This document shows, piece by piece, positions 1-8,932 of a stretch of 20,000 bases of DNA. How positions within the stretch are numbered: position 1 is the stretch's first letter; every line of letters starts with the position of its first letter. Source of the stretch: an uncultured virus (IMG/VR IMGVR_UViG_3300020463_003402) (lineage: Duplodnaviria > Heunggongvirae > Uroviricota > Caudoviricetes); the IMG/VR virus record IMGVR_UViG_3300020463_003402. One strand, 5' to 3'. A program made the translations under genes and the position numbers. Under the pieces are notes generated by a model that saw only the letters and a program-made list of their open reading frames with translations, made no database searches and was not told where the DNA came from.

Positions 1-1
1 T

Positions 2-226
2 GACGACCCTATCACAGCGGATCAAGTTGAAGCTGAAGCGGGTTTCACTAAAGCGATGGCTACTCGATTTGTTGAGAGTCGTGATGAGCTGAAGAAGTTC
101 TGGAAGATCATCGGTTTCTTCCACGTACCACAAAGCGAAATTCACGCTGGTACGATTATCGGTAAGCAAGACACCGTAGCGGCCAAAGCTGTCTTCGACG
201 CTTTAGCAATTCCTATCAACTTATAG
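2..226 (+). CDS. 3' end of hypothetical protein (runs in from the left edge)
   Basis: Open frame DDPITADQVEAEAGFTKAMATRFVES...FDALAIPINL ends at TAG 224-226 and is followed by a hairpin. Not in the ORF track. Confidence 0.75.
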   Translation, partial: DDPITADQVEAEAGFTKAMATRFVESRDELKKFWKIIGFFHVPQSEIHAGTIIGKQDTVAAKAVFDALAIPINL

Positions 227-231
227 TGGTT

Positions 232-245
232 GGGGCTTCGGCCCC
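232..245 (+). terminator. GC hairpin with cUUCGg tetraloop (terminator-like or stabilising; no U tract)
   Basis: GGGGC-TTCG-GCCCC, 5 nt after a stop codon. Confidence 0.45.
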
Positions 246-257
246 TCGAGAACGATT

Positions 258-884
258 ATGAGTAGCACAAATAAAAAGGTCGCTGAGTTCGAAGACTACC
301 CTACCCCGCGAGAACTTGTCGAAGCCTTATTCAAGTATATTGACTGGGATGCACTTAGGCACTTTGCGTCCTACGACAACCGGCCAGCTAGGTTCCTAGA
401 GCCGTGTCGTGGTCTGAAAAGAAATATCTACGACTTGGTACCACAGGACTTTGAAAAGTATTACTGCGAGATTCAGGAAGGTTTGAACTACCTAGAGACA
501 GACCTCAGCCCATTACACTTCGATATTATCGTAACTAATCCCCCATTCTCGCTTTTCGAAGAGTTTGTCACCAAAGCACGCAGTGAGGCCGCGGACCACG
601 GGTTTGTATGCTTCTTAATGCGTATTAACGCTTTAGGGACAAAGAAGCGTGAGAAGTTCTGGGCTGATAATCCGCCCGATAAAATTATTGTCGCGGTACC
701 TCGCCCTGACTTTAGTGGTGGGGGTGGTGATAGCTGCGAGTATGCGTGGTTCTGCTGGGACCCTACGGGGATCTTATTAGTAGACTCGAACGTTGGGCGC
801 CTTAACTGGGATAAGCCTAAAAAGCGTCGCAGCAAGAAGATAGACAACCGGAAATTGACTGATGAAAAAGAAAGCCAAGCGTAA
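258..884 (+). CDS. Orphan N6-adenine DNA methyltransferase (small phage type)
   Basis: Motif X DYPTP, motif I-like FLEPCRG, catalytic motif IV IVTNPPF, C-terminal EYAWFCW. Confidence 0.85.
   Translation: MSSTNKKVAEFEDYPTPRELVEALFKYIDWDALRHFASYDNRPARFLEPCRGLKRNIYDLVPQDFEKYYCEIQEGLNYLETDLSPLHFDIIVTNPPFSLFEEFVTKARSEAADHGFVCFLMRINALGTKKREKFWADNPPDKIIVAVPRPDFSGGGGDSCEYAWFCWDPTGILLVDSNVGRLNWDKPKKRRSKKIDNRKLTDEKESQA
850..864 (+). promoter_or_regulatory. Leader motif variant GGAAATTGACTGATG
   Basis: Ends in the ATG of the 862 ORF. Confidence 0.7.
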
Positions 885-1380
885 TAAGAAATACAACCCT
901 AGAAAGTACCTAGACCTTGTGGTTCGCGACAAAGTGAAGAACTTTGCTATCGCGATGGTGTTGGGTGAAACGAAGTATTGCACGCTTATTGACTATAAGA
1001 CGGGCGAGGAACTTAACGTAACGGTGGATGTGGCCGAGAGCGTTGAGAAGGGTTGCTTCAATTGGTACTACGAATGTTCTGTGGTTTGTCGTGACCAGAC
1101 AGGCAAAGAGTACGTCGTAAGTGAACCGCATTATTTTCAATCGCGATACCGCCAGTCCGATGAACGTTTAAATAAATACCTTAACGATGTTCATGTAGCC
1201 TTCAAAGAAAAACAAAATCCACTCCATATTATCACGATGGCCTGGGTCGCTATTCCCGTTATGGACGAAACGGAAAACCTCGACCTCGAGACCCTTGGCA
1301 AAATTTACGAAAACCTTGGTGCGTTCGATTATCTCTCAAAGTGGGAGAGCGACCAGCTTGAGAGGGAGAAAGTGGCGTGA
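862..1380 (+). CDS. Hypothetical phage protein (basic N-terminus KRNKKYNPRK)
   Basis: 172-aa ORF preceded by the leader motif; GTGA overlap with the next gene. Confidence 0.8.
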   Translation: MKKKAKRNKKYNPRKYLDLVVRDKVKNFAIAMVLGETKYCTLIDYKTGEELNVTVDVAESVEKGCFNWYYECSVVCRDQTGKEYVVSEPHYFQSRYRQSDERLNKYLNDVHVAFKEKQNPLHIITMAWVAIPVMDETENLDLETLGKIYENLGAFDYLSKWESDQLEREKVA

Positions 1381-2024
1381 GCAAATACAAATTTAACAAT
1401 GGTTTCATTTATTGCAACGGTTTTAGGATGCCAATGACTAGAGTTGTAGAAGCTTTGAACGAAATGGACGGGGAGCTAAGCAAGGACGAAGAGGGTTATA
1501 AAAACTTATTTGAGGCATTTGAGGATTGTCAAAAGGTTTTAGGGGATGCGAATAAGCGTTTGGAAAATCTCTCTCGAGTAAACAAAGAATACAAAGAGGT
1601 TCTAACCCCTATCTGGGATTACTGTCGGAAGAACGTAAAGGTTGAGCTAGGGAAAAGTATTACTGAGGCCTTAATTGAATCACATAAGGAGTTAGTGACT
1701 AAAGTTTGGAGCCTAGAACCTCGATGTAAATTGCTTGAGGAAGATGCCGAGGATACCGCTAAGTATGTAGAAATTCAGCGGGGAGAACTAGCAAAGGCTA
1801 ATGAACGTGTTGCGGGTTTGGAGAAAGAGATTTCCAGTAAAGAGCTATTGCATGTTGGCTTTACTAACGGAGACCAAGTTAAATACGCAAAAGTAGAGGA
1901 AGGTGCTTTTTACCCTGACACAGAAGGTGATTGCTACATACCTCTTTACATGCTTAAAAGTCACGAGCATAGAATTGAGACAACAAGCTTCGAACAACTA
2001 CGCAAGGAGCAAGAAAATGGGTAA
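1377..2024 (+). CDS. Coiled-coil hypothetical protein, Ead/Ea22-like mosaic type
   Basis: SD GAGGGAG, GTG start, heptad-rich AKANERVAGLEKE, C-terminal EQLRKEQ. Confidence 0.7.
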   Translation: MSKYKFNNGFIYCNGFRMPMTRVVEALNEMDGELSKDEEGYKNLFEAFEDCQKVLGDANKRLENLSRVNKEYKEVLTPIWDYCRKNVKVELGKSITEALIESHKELVTKVWSLEPRCKLLEEDAEDTAKYVEIQRGELAKANERVAGLEKEISSKELLHVGFTNGDQVKYAKVEEGAFYPDTEGDCYIPLYMLKSHEHRIETTSFEQLRKEQENG

Positions 2025-2445
2025 CGGTGTGACAGTAAGCAACACGGCATCAGTGATCCAGCAACAAATTATCGACTCGCTAACAGAAAAACTAAAAAAG
2101 TCTAATGAGCGCGTGAGGGAACTTGAAGAGCGCTGTTCTTCGCATGAAAAAGATATGCTTCGCCAATGTGTATTTATGGAAAAGACAGCCGAAAAGATAG
2201 AAAGACACAGAGAGTGGCAAGCAACGGCAAATGTATTGCGCAGACCAACACGCGAAGCTAAGCAAGCACTAAACAAATTCGCCCTAGAGCGGAAGATTGA
2301 GGCGCTTGATGATTTGCTTGAAGAAATACAATGCAGTGTTGTAGTACCAAAGCGCTATGAACAGCTTCAGGAGCCTTATTTAGAAGGGATAAAGCACTGT
2401 ATTCAGTTTATTGAGTGCCAGTTAGAACAACTACGCAAGGGGCAA
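1992..2445 (+). repeat. 21-bp direct repeat GAACAACTACGCAAGG(A/G)GCAA at 1992-2012 and 2425-2445
   Basis: 20/21 identical; each copy encodes EQLRK at a gene end and supplies the SD of the next gene. Confidence 0.9.
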
Positions 2446-2451
2446 CAGTGA
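2017..2451 (+). CDS. Coiled-coil hypothetical protein, sharing modules with 1377..2024
   Basis: ATG 2017 with SD AAGGAG 2004-2009 (preferred to track start 1903); KKSNERVRELEE and terminal EQLRKGQQ. Confidence 0.75.
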   Translation: MGNGVTVSNTASVIQQQIIDSLTEKLKKSNERVRELEERCSSHEKDMLRQCVFMEKTAEKIERHREWQATANVLRRPTREAKQALNKFALERKIEALDDLLEEIQCSVVVPKRYEQLQEPYLEGIKHCIQFIECQLEQLRKGQQ

Positions 2452-2648
2452 TGGATGATTTTTACAAAGACTTAGCGGAATTGCTAAAGAAACACAAAGT
2501 CGCAATAGTTTCAAAGCCTAATGATTTCAATGACTCTATTATAGGTTTTCAGTCTAATTACTGCGACAACTACTGGACCAACAGGCATCATGTTACTGGC
2601 TACGACGTAGAGTGTGAAATAAAGAAACAAGACCATGAAAAAACTTAA
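2451..2648 (+). CDS. Hypothetical protein
   Basis: TGATG coupling with the upstream stop, SD AAGGGG; MDDFYKDLAELLKKHKVAIV. Confidence 0.7.
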   Translation: MDDFYKDLAELLKKHKVAIVSKPNDFNDSIIGFQSNYCDNYWTNRHHVTGYDVECEIKKQDHEKT

Positions 2649-2841
2649 AGCTAAACAGCTAGGCCCGTGGTGTTCGTTCTGCGCTCCTAAGACGAACCGA
2701 GCGGTTTACCGAGAGAACGGCTTTGCCTATAAGTTCGCTTGTTCAGAGCATAAGAGCGCTTTAGTTGAACATGAGCGCCAGCAAGCAGAACGAGAGAAGC
2801 ATCTTACCGAAGCCGATTATCAAACTTGGATGAGGGTATAG
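2635..2841 (+). CDS. Small putative Zn-binding protein (CxxC...CxxH)
   Basis: WCSFC ... FACSEH. Confidence 0.7.
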   Translation: MKKLKAKQLGPWCSFCAPKTNRAVYRENGFAYKFACSEHKSALVEHERQQAEREKHLTEADYQTWMRV

Positions 2842-2843
2842 CA

Positions 2844-3038
2844 ATGTCATTAAGTGACAAGAGGCGACAAGCCAGGATTAACGCTCTCACTACGGCTGCG
2901 GCTTATTTAGATACTTTTGATTGGTCGAACTTTGATAAGGCCAATACCGACGAAGAGACTTTCGCTATCTTTCTAGAGGAATGTAACACCGTTTATAAAC
3001 GACTGGAAAACCAAGCCGAAAAGTTACGAAAGAAATAA
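2844..3038 (+). CDS. Hypothetical protein
   Basis: ATG 2844 after SD GAGGG; fits operon packing. Confidence 0.7.
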   Translation: MSLSDKRRQARINALTTAAAYLDTFDWSNFDKANTDEETFAIFLEECNTVYKRLENQAEKLRKK

Positions 3039-3052
3039 AGGATACGAGAACT

Positions 3053-3268
3053 GTGAAAAATATAATTTTAGAATTGTTATCTATGGTGTTACTGGTTTAT
3101 TTAACAGCGGGGGCCTTGATTATTCCACTTCAAGCTTTCACAGACTTAGGTTTTGAAAAGTCTTTAGCTTCAGGCATTGCACTAGGGGTTTTACTAGACA
3201 CTATAATACTTGTGTACATCACCATTCGTGATAAGAGAGCAAAGAAAAATGCAAATATCAGAACTTAA
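3053..3268 (+). CDS. Small membrane protein (two predicted TM helices)
   Basis: Two hydrophobic stretches and a basic C-tail; GTG start. Confidence 0.7.
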   Translation: MKNIILELLSMVLLVYLTAGALIIPLQAFTDLGFEKSLASGIALGVLLDTIILVYITIRDKRAKKNANIRT

Positions 3269-3458
3269 AATGATTCGTGTGGTGTGCCCTGATTGTGGGG
3301 TTGGCGGCGCGAGTAACTGGGCTTGCTTCTGTCACGTTTGTGAAGACCGTATTTTGATGCTTCCGGCCAAGGGCTCACACGGTACACAAAACTGGAACGA
3401 AATCGCGAGACTGTATGAAGGTAAGGTATCAACGTACAGTCCGCAACTACCAGCTTAA
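3249..3458 (+). CDS. Small Cys-rich putative Zn-finger protein
   Basis: ATG 3249; CPDC...CFCHVC. Confidence 0.65.
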   Translation: MQISELKMIRVVCPDCGVGGASNWACFCHVCEDRILMLPAKGSHGTQNWNEIARLYEGKVSTYSPQLPA

Positions 3459-3470
3459 CTAACTAAAAAC

Positions 3471-3485
3471 AGGAAATTGACGATG
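3471..3485 (+). promoter_or_regulatory. Leader motif AGGAAATTGACGATG (exact)
   Basis: Ends in the ATG of rdgC. Confidence 0.9.
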
Positions 3486-4370
3486 TATTTTAAAAACGCA
3501 AAGATTTATTCACTCACTCAAAATGTAGATTTGTCTAACCTAGTGCAAGCACTAGAGGCAATCCCCTTTCACCCTTGTGGTTCGCATAACCTAGCCTCAT
3601 TAGGTTTTGCGCCTATCATTGGTTCGTTACTGGCTCATGAGGTTCAAGGTATTTACACGGTTAAGCTTTTGAAAGAAAGCAAGATACTACCGGCCCGTGT
3701 TATCAACCGTGAGTTAGAAGAAAAAGTTAAGCTTATTGAAGCGGAAACGGGATCACCGGTTGGGAAAAAACAGCGACAAGACTTAAAAGAAGAAATAGTT
3801 ACGCACCTAACGCCGCGTGCGTTCACAGACCAAACCTCGACTATTGGCACAATCATCCCAGAGCATAAACTAGTGTTAGTGAATGCCTCTTCAGATGGTG
3901 AGGCTGAAATCTTCCTTGCGGTACTTCGCAAAGCGCTGGGTAGTTTACCGGTAGTACCATTCGCAAGACGGTCTCTCGCTTCAGACCTAACAAGCTGGAT
4001 TGTTAATGGCCACCCTGACAAATTTGAATTGCTCGAAGAGACTGAGCTTCAAGCCACAGATGAGACCAAAGCGGTTATCCGTGCAAAAAATCAAGAACTG
4101 GCCTCAGAAGAAATTCAACTGTGTTTAGACTCAGGCAAGCTCGTTCAGAAACTTGCTGTCAGTTATGACGACCAATTGACCGCTATGCTCTGTGAAGATG
4201 GTTCGGTTAAGCGTATCAAGTATTCAGACCGCTTGATTGAAGAAAGCGACGATATTCCTAAGGACCAACAGGAAGCGCGTCTCGATTCAGAAATCTATCT
4301 CGGGGCCAGTGCACTTCTATCGTTAGCGCTGGACCTTAAAGCGGCGTTTAATTTGAATAACGAAGAGTAA
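3483..4370 (+). CDS. rdgC: Recombination-associated protein RdgC
   Basis: MYFKNAKIY start, PCGS..SLGF, ESKILPARVI, LKEEIVTHLTPRAF, LRKALGSLPVVP, GKLVQKLAV, and typical ~295 aa length. True start is ATG 3483. Confidence 0.93.
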   Translation: MYFKNAKIYSLTQNVDLSNLVQALEAIPFHPCGSHNLASLGFAPIIGSLLAHEVQGIYTVKLLKESKILPARVINRELEEKVKLIEAETGSPVGKKQRQDLKEEIVTHLTPRAFTDQTSTIGTIIPEHKLVLVNASSDGEAEIFLAVLRKALGSLPVVPFARRSLASDLTSWIVNGHPDKFELLEETELQATDETKAVIRAKNQELASEEIQLCLDSGKLVQKLAVSYDDQLTAMLCEDGSVKRIKYSDRLIEESDDIPKDQQEARLDSEIYLGASALLSLALDLKAAFNLNNEE

Positions 4371-4384
4371 GGAGACTGACGATG
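4370..4384 (+). promoter_or_regulatory. Leader motif variant AGGAGACTGACGATG (13/15)
   Basis: Ends in ATG 4382. Confidence 0.75.
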
Positions 4385-4897
4385 CCATTTGTTCCACCAA
4401 TGCAAAAAGTTGATGAAGTTTTACCAGAAGCAAGTTCAGGTACACCAATGCCGGAAGTTAAAGGGTATAACCCTGATATAAAAGTAAAGACTGCTTTTAG
4501 TAAAGAAATCATCGAACAAACGGTGGCTTTCCCCAGACAAGACTCGATGTTTGATGAAATCTCTAAGAAAATCGTTTTCTTACAAGATGAGGGGATTAAC
4601 CAAGCGTTGTATAAGCTGGGCTATCTTAGCCCTAAACAGCTTTTACCTCTCAAAGAAGCATACTTCGCTGCGAAACATAACGAAGGGGGTGTTCAGCGCG
4701 TTATGGCTGAGTTAGGTAGGTTGTTTGAAGAACCCGCCCTACCTTCTGAAAAGCCCGAAGAAAGCGCACCTGAAGTAGTAGTTAGGGATAAGCCAAAAGG
4801 CCCTGAGAATGAGAAAATTAACCCAAAGATTAAAAAAATGTGTGGGTCATTCTCTCAGGGTGGTTATGTCGCTAATACGAAACCCGAGCAGAAGTAA
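4382..4897 (+). CDS. Hypothetical protein (Pro/Glu-rich termini)
   Basis: 171-aa ORF with strong SD; TAATG coupling to the polymerase. Confidence 0.8.
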   Translation: MPFVPPMQKVDEVLPEASSGTPMPEVKGYNPDIKVKTAFSKEIIEQTVAFPRQDSMFDEISKKIVFLQDEGINQALYKLGYLSPKQLLPLKEAYFAAKHNEGGVQRVMAELGRLFEEPALPSEKPEESAPEVVVRDKPKGPENEKINPKIKKMCGSFSQGGYVANTKPEQK

Positions 4898-7770
4898 TGT
4901 ACTCGCAAATTAACGAGAGAACTGGACTAGTCGAGCAATTGGTTGATGCTCGTAACGTCCATGTTCTCGAGGAAATCAAAGCCAAAATTAACCAGATGGG
5001 ACAGCCTGTGGGTTTCGATATCGAAACCCATGATGCTGACAGGCATGAAGGCCTGAACCAATTCATGAAGTTAAACAAAGATGATGAGGACTATCGTAAC
5101 CCTAAGAAGCTGGTCTTCGATATCAATAGAACAACGGTGACGGGCTTTTCTCTGTATATCCGAGGGGATACTACCGTTTATTATGCAAACGCCGCTCACG
5201 CTGATGCAGACAATCGGATACCGCCAGATATTATCCGTAGCTTTGTTCAATATATGGCAGACAATCCGCTAAAAATAATTCATAACTATCCCTTTGAGCG
5301 GACGATGTGCTTTAAAAGCTTAGGTATCGACTTAGGTTGGAACTACGTAGACACGCTTCAAATGGCGGTATCGGCCTATAATTCGGACCAGTATGATATT
5401 GAAGTATTCCGCCAGTCGGACCTACTAGGGATTAAGAAACTTATCCCTCAAATACGCCGTACCTTCGCGGGGGTTCAAGACTTTAGAAAGTTAGATACCG
5501 CTCAGCAAGAACTTATGCAAAAGGTATTGGCCAAAGAGTCGAAGGCCGACCATAGCTACAATGGGTATGTGAAGTCGATTAACTACGGTTACAACCTAAA
5601 GCAGATCACAGAACGTATCTTTGGCTACAAGCAGACGTCATTTAAAGATGCCCTTCAGGGTAAAGCACATATGGGATTGCTTACAGGTGAAGAAGTCCTT
5701 CACTACGGTGCGGACGATGCTTACTGGTGTGTACGTATTTACGACTGGCTATGTCAGTTCATGCAGAACACGAACCCTGCCGTGTTACGCACGTTCTTCG
5801 AGCAAGAAAACCCTATGTGTTACGTTTACTCGGATTGCTGGGTAAAAGGCTGGCGTGTTAACAAAGACGCGGTTCTTTCCCGCCGTGAAACGGAACGCGC
5901 TAACTATATCGAAGTGATTAAGGAATTAGGCGAACTACTCCAAACCTTAGAGTTCCCCGAGGCCCCTGCCCCGCGTCTCTATCAGAAACAGCCTAAATGG
6001 TATGTTGGTAAGGAAGGTATTTCGTACCAGCGCTATCGTGACAAGATATTGTTTCTGAAAGAGGGTTATGCGGAGTTTATACAAGCATACGACCAAGACA
6101 TGGCCGTTGAAGACTTCGATTTTGCGACACTAACCTCAGGGCCGGTATCAATACCCTGGATGGCAGAAGAAAAGTTCAAGCTCAAGAAGAAGGAACTCGA
6201 CTTACGCGGCAACTTCTCACATTACATGGTACAGCGCACGTTATTTCACGACTTACTGTATCTGCCTTTCGTTTATATCAAAGGCGATATCAAAACGGAT
6301 GCGGAGGCACGCGGTAAGCTGATTGAATATGCTGAACGTTTAGGCGCGGACCCTGCGTTTTGGATTAAGGAATGGAAACGCTACGGCCAGTTAACCGAGC
6401 TACCGGACGAAACGTTACAAGTTCTTGCTGAACAGTGTTGTGAACAGTACCCGACAGAGACAGCCAAGCGAGTAATAACAGCAATTAACAAGCTGGCTCA
6501 GATAGAACAGCGAATGAAGTTGTATATCACGAACTATTTGCTACTTACGGACCCTGATACAGACCGCATGTACCCGATTATTAGTTCGCGACTTAATACA
6601 CGCCGGATGGCCGCTGAAAACCCTAACCCAATGCAGCTAAGCAAACGTGGTGAGTCTACCTATATTCGGGGTTTCTTCTTGCCGCACCGAGACGACCATT
6701 TATTGGTTGCGGTGGATTGGTCTCAGGTAGAACTTGTGTTGATTGGGGAGTTAAGTAAAGACCCTAACTTCCAGAAAGCTTATGGCCAGATACCTTATGA
6801 TGACTTGCATTTAGGTGCGGCAACCTCAGCAATCAAGGTTTTCTATCCTGATTTCACTTCGGGGATGTTGGCCAGCGTGAAGAACCTCGAGGGCCAAGAA
6901 TTAGAAGCGTTCAAACTGCAGTACTCTCGAGTGCTTATTGACCCAGTTAAAAACGCGGCACTTGAACCTTATGAAGTCGCTAAATGGTGGCGTGGTTCAG
7001 CCGGTAAGCCTTCTAACTTCGGTTACTGGTACTCGGGCTCTCTAATGACGGTACAAGATAAGCTAGGTTGGACGTCGGATGAAATGTGGGCTGGTACCGA
7101 CAACTATCGCGATACCTTCCCTGTTGCTGAACAATGGAGAATAAATACCCAGCGCGAGATAGAAGTACAAGGTTACGTTGATATCTTTGATGGTCACAGA
7201 CGTTACAAATATGAAGGTACCAACGATTGGTTCTATCACTTCACGGCTAAGTGGGATGCGTATAACGATCCTGTGTTATCACAGTTCGGCGCTTTTATCG
7301 CTAAGAAGATTCAACGTAGAGCTGGTAACCAAGCGGTAAATGCTAAGATTCAAGGTGGTTGTGCAACGTTAGCCAAGCGCTCGATGCTCAAACTATGGCA
7401 CGAGATTAATGCCCCAGATACAAAATGGGACGCTGATATCGTAATGCCTATTCACGATGAATTAGTATTTAGTGTACGATGGGACCAAGCTGTTGATTTT
7501 GGTCAACGCATACTCGAAGTGATGTGTAGTCACCCTGACTTAGTGAGCTGGTTGAAACTAGATGGTACCGTTTCAGTTGGTCGCACGCTCGAGCCGTATC
7601 ACCCAACCAAGGCCCCGTTCGGTCAAGTCGAACTAGACGAAGCACCGGAGCTTGAAGGGTATATTCCAAAGGAACTGAAAGATACTAAGCTCACCACGGA
7701 ATACCGACATAATGTTGTTGCTTATCTTATGGGACACGAACCTGTAGTTCCTGTGGAGGTGGCCGCATGA
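4897..7770 (+). CDS. polA: Phage family A DNA polymerase with N-terminal 3'-5' exonuclease domain
   Basis: ExoI GFDIET, ExoII HNYPFE, ExoIII YGADDA. Motif A DWSQVEL (6715), motif B RGSAGKPSNFGYWY (6991-7032), NAKIQG, motif C IHDELV (7450). Confidence 0.93.
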   Translation: MYSQINERTGLVEQLVDARNVHVLEEIKAKINQMGQPVGFDIETHDADRHEGLNQFMKLNKDDEDYRNPKKLVFDINRTTVTGFSLYIRGDTTVYYANAAHADADNRIPPDIIRSFVQYMADNPLKIIHNYPFERTMCFKSLGIDLGWNYVDTLQMAVSAYNSDQYDIEVFRQSDLLGIKKLIPQIRRTFAGVQDFRKLDTAQQELMQKVLAKESKADHSYNGYVKSINYGYNLKQITERIFGYKQTSFKDALQGKAHMGLLTGEEVLHYGADDAYWCVRIYDWLCQFMQNTNPAVLRTFFEQENPMCYVYSDCWVKGWRVNKDAVLSRRETERANYIEVIKELGELLQTLEFPEAPAPRLYQKQPKWYVGKEGISYQRYRDKILFLKEGYAEFIQAYDQDMAVEDFDFATLTSGPVSIPWMAEEKFKLKKKELDLRGNFSHYMVQRTLFHDLLYLPFVYIKGDIKTDAEARGKLIEYAERLGADPAFWIKEWKRYGQLTELPDETLQVLAEQCCEQYPTETAKRVITAINKLAQIEQRMKLYITNYLLLTDPDTDRMYPIISSRLNTRRMAAENPNPMQLSKRGESTYIRGFFLPHRDDHLLVAVDWSQVELVLIGELSKDPNFQKAYGQIPYDDLHLGAATSAIKVFYPDFTSGMLASVKNLEGQELEAFKLQYSRVLIDPVKNAALEPYEVAKWWRGSAGKPSNFGYWYSGSLMTVQDKLGWTSDEMWAGTDNYRDTFPVAEQWRINTQREIEVQGYVDIFDGHRRYKYEGTNDWFYHFTAKWDAYNDPVLSQFGAFIAKKIQRRAGNQAVNAKIQGGCATLAKRSMLKLWHEINAPDTKWDADIVMPIHDELVFSVRWDQAVDFGQRILEVMCSHPDLVSWLKLDGTVSVGRTLEPYHPTKAPFGQVELDEAPELEGYIPKELKDTKLTTEYRHNVVAYLMGHEPVVPVEVAA

Positions 7771-7970
7771 GTTCACATATTCCAGGGGTGATAGTACAGC
7801 TTACTCCTGAGGCTGAATTTTGTTGTGGTTCTTTGTGTGATAAGTCTCGGCTTATCACACAAATAAGTAGCCAGATAGAACGCGCCTTATTACTTGAACA
7901 TGCGTTGCGGGAACTAAACCCGCAACATCCTTTACTGAGAGACACACATGGCCCCAGCAACCGGAAATAA
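7767..7970 (+). CDS. Hypothetical protein
   Basis: ATGA overlap with the polA stop, SD GGAGGT. Confidence 0.7.
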   Translation: MSSHIPGVIVQLTPEAEFCCGSLCDKSRLITQISSQIERALLLEHALRELNPQHPLLRDTHGPSNRK

Positions 7971-8634
7971 CTTACCAGCTCCGTTTTCGTATCTACTTGG
8001 AAAACACTGGTGCACGCTAGATACAGAAACGACAGGTATAGGCCATGGCCATCAAATCGTAGAAATTGCGGTAAAAGATGGTCTAACCGGAAAAGTATTA
8101 CTCGATACGCTGGTACGCCCTACTCGGGATATCGACCCTAAAGCACAAGCTGTTCATGGTATTAGCCTTCAGACTTGTGCTTTGGCTCCCACTTGGCCAG
8201 AGGTTCGCTATAAGCTGATGGAAGCTGTGAAGGGAAAGACAGTGATTATTTATAACGCGAACTTCGATATCCAGATGCTAGTGCAAACCAATGCCGCTTG
8301 GAATATTAACTGTAATGGTTACTTTGGTGCTAAAGAGTACTTCTGTGCTATGACAGAGTACTCGAGAAGAGCGCGTATCTACAATCACCTTCATGGCCGC
8401 AACCGTAGCTTTAAGCTTGTAGATGCCGCAGCACTAGAAGGTATTACGCCCAAAGGAACGCTACATCGCGCCGTTGCTGATTGTGACCTAACTTATGATT
8501 TGGTGCACAAGATAATGTCTGAATTCGTGGTTTCCGCTAACGAACCCGAGTTTGAGGAACTAGGACCCGAGTTTGACGACCCACAGTGGGAAGAAGTTGA
8601 TATGCCGGACGCAGAACCTTGGAGAGAACTTTGA
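7948..8634 (+). CDS. DEDDh 3'-5' exonuclease (DnaQ/epsilon-like)
   Basis: LDTETTG, VHGIS, IYNANFD, HRAVADC; acidic C-tail. Confidence 0.92.
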   Translation: MAPATGNNLPAPFSYLLGKHWCTLDTETTGIGHGHQIVEIAVKDGLTGKVLLDTLVRPTRDIDPKAQAVHGISLQTCALAPTWPEVRYKLMEAVKGKTVIIYNANFDIQMLVQTNAAWNINCNGYFGAKEYFCAMTEYSRRARIYNHLHGRNRSFKLVDAAALEGITPKGTLHRAVADCDLTYDLVHKIMSEFVVSANEPEFEELGPEFDDPQWEEVDMPDAEPWREL

Positions 8635-8840
8635 ATACCGAACTAGAGTTTTATGTTTGGGGTTTATGGATAGCGCTGTTAATTACAGCGCTCTATATTA
8701 TCCCCCGCTATATACGAGAGCGAATTGCTAAGTCTAAGAAAATGGCTCTAGGTTCAGAACCTTATGAACCATTTCAAGAACCAAAGCAGGAGAACGACCT
8801 AACAACCATAGAGAAAAACGATTCAGGACGACTAATCTGA
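8631..8840 (+). CDS. Small single-pass membrane protein
   Basis: TTG start overlapping the upstream TGA, SD GGAGAG; hydrophobic FYVWGLWIALLITALYII followed by basic residues. Confidence 0.6.
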   Translation: MNTELEFYVWGLWIALLITALYIIPRYIRERIAKSKKMALGSEPYEPFQEPKQENDLTTIEKNDSGRLI

Positions 8841-8917
8841 TTAATAAAAATCCAGTTAGTTTGCCAGCAACTCACTTGATTACTTTTTATAATGCTGGTC
8901 TCATACTTAAAAATTAA

Positions 8918-8932
8918 AGGAAATTGACGATG
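8918..8932 (+). promoter_or_regulatory. Leader motif AGGAAATTGACGATG (exact)
   Basis: Ends in ATG 8930; TATAAT at 8888-8893 in the AT-rich upstream gap. Confidence 0.9.
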
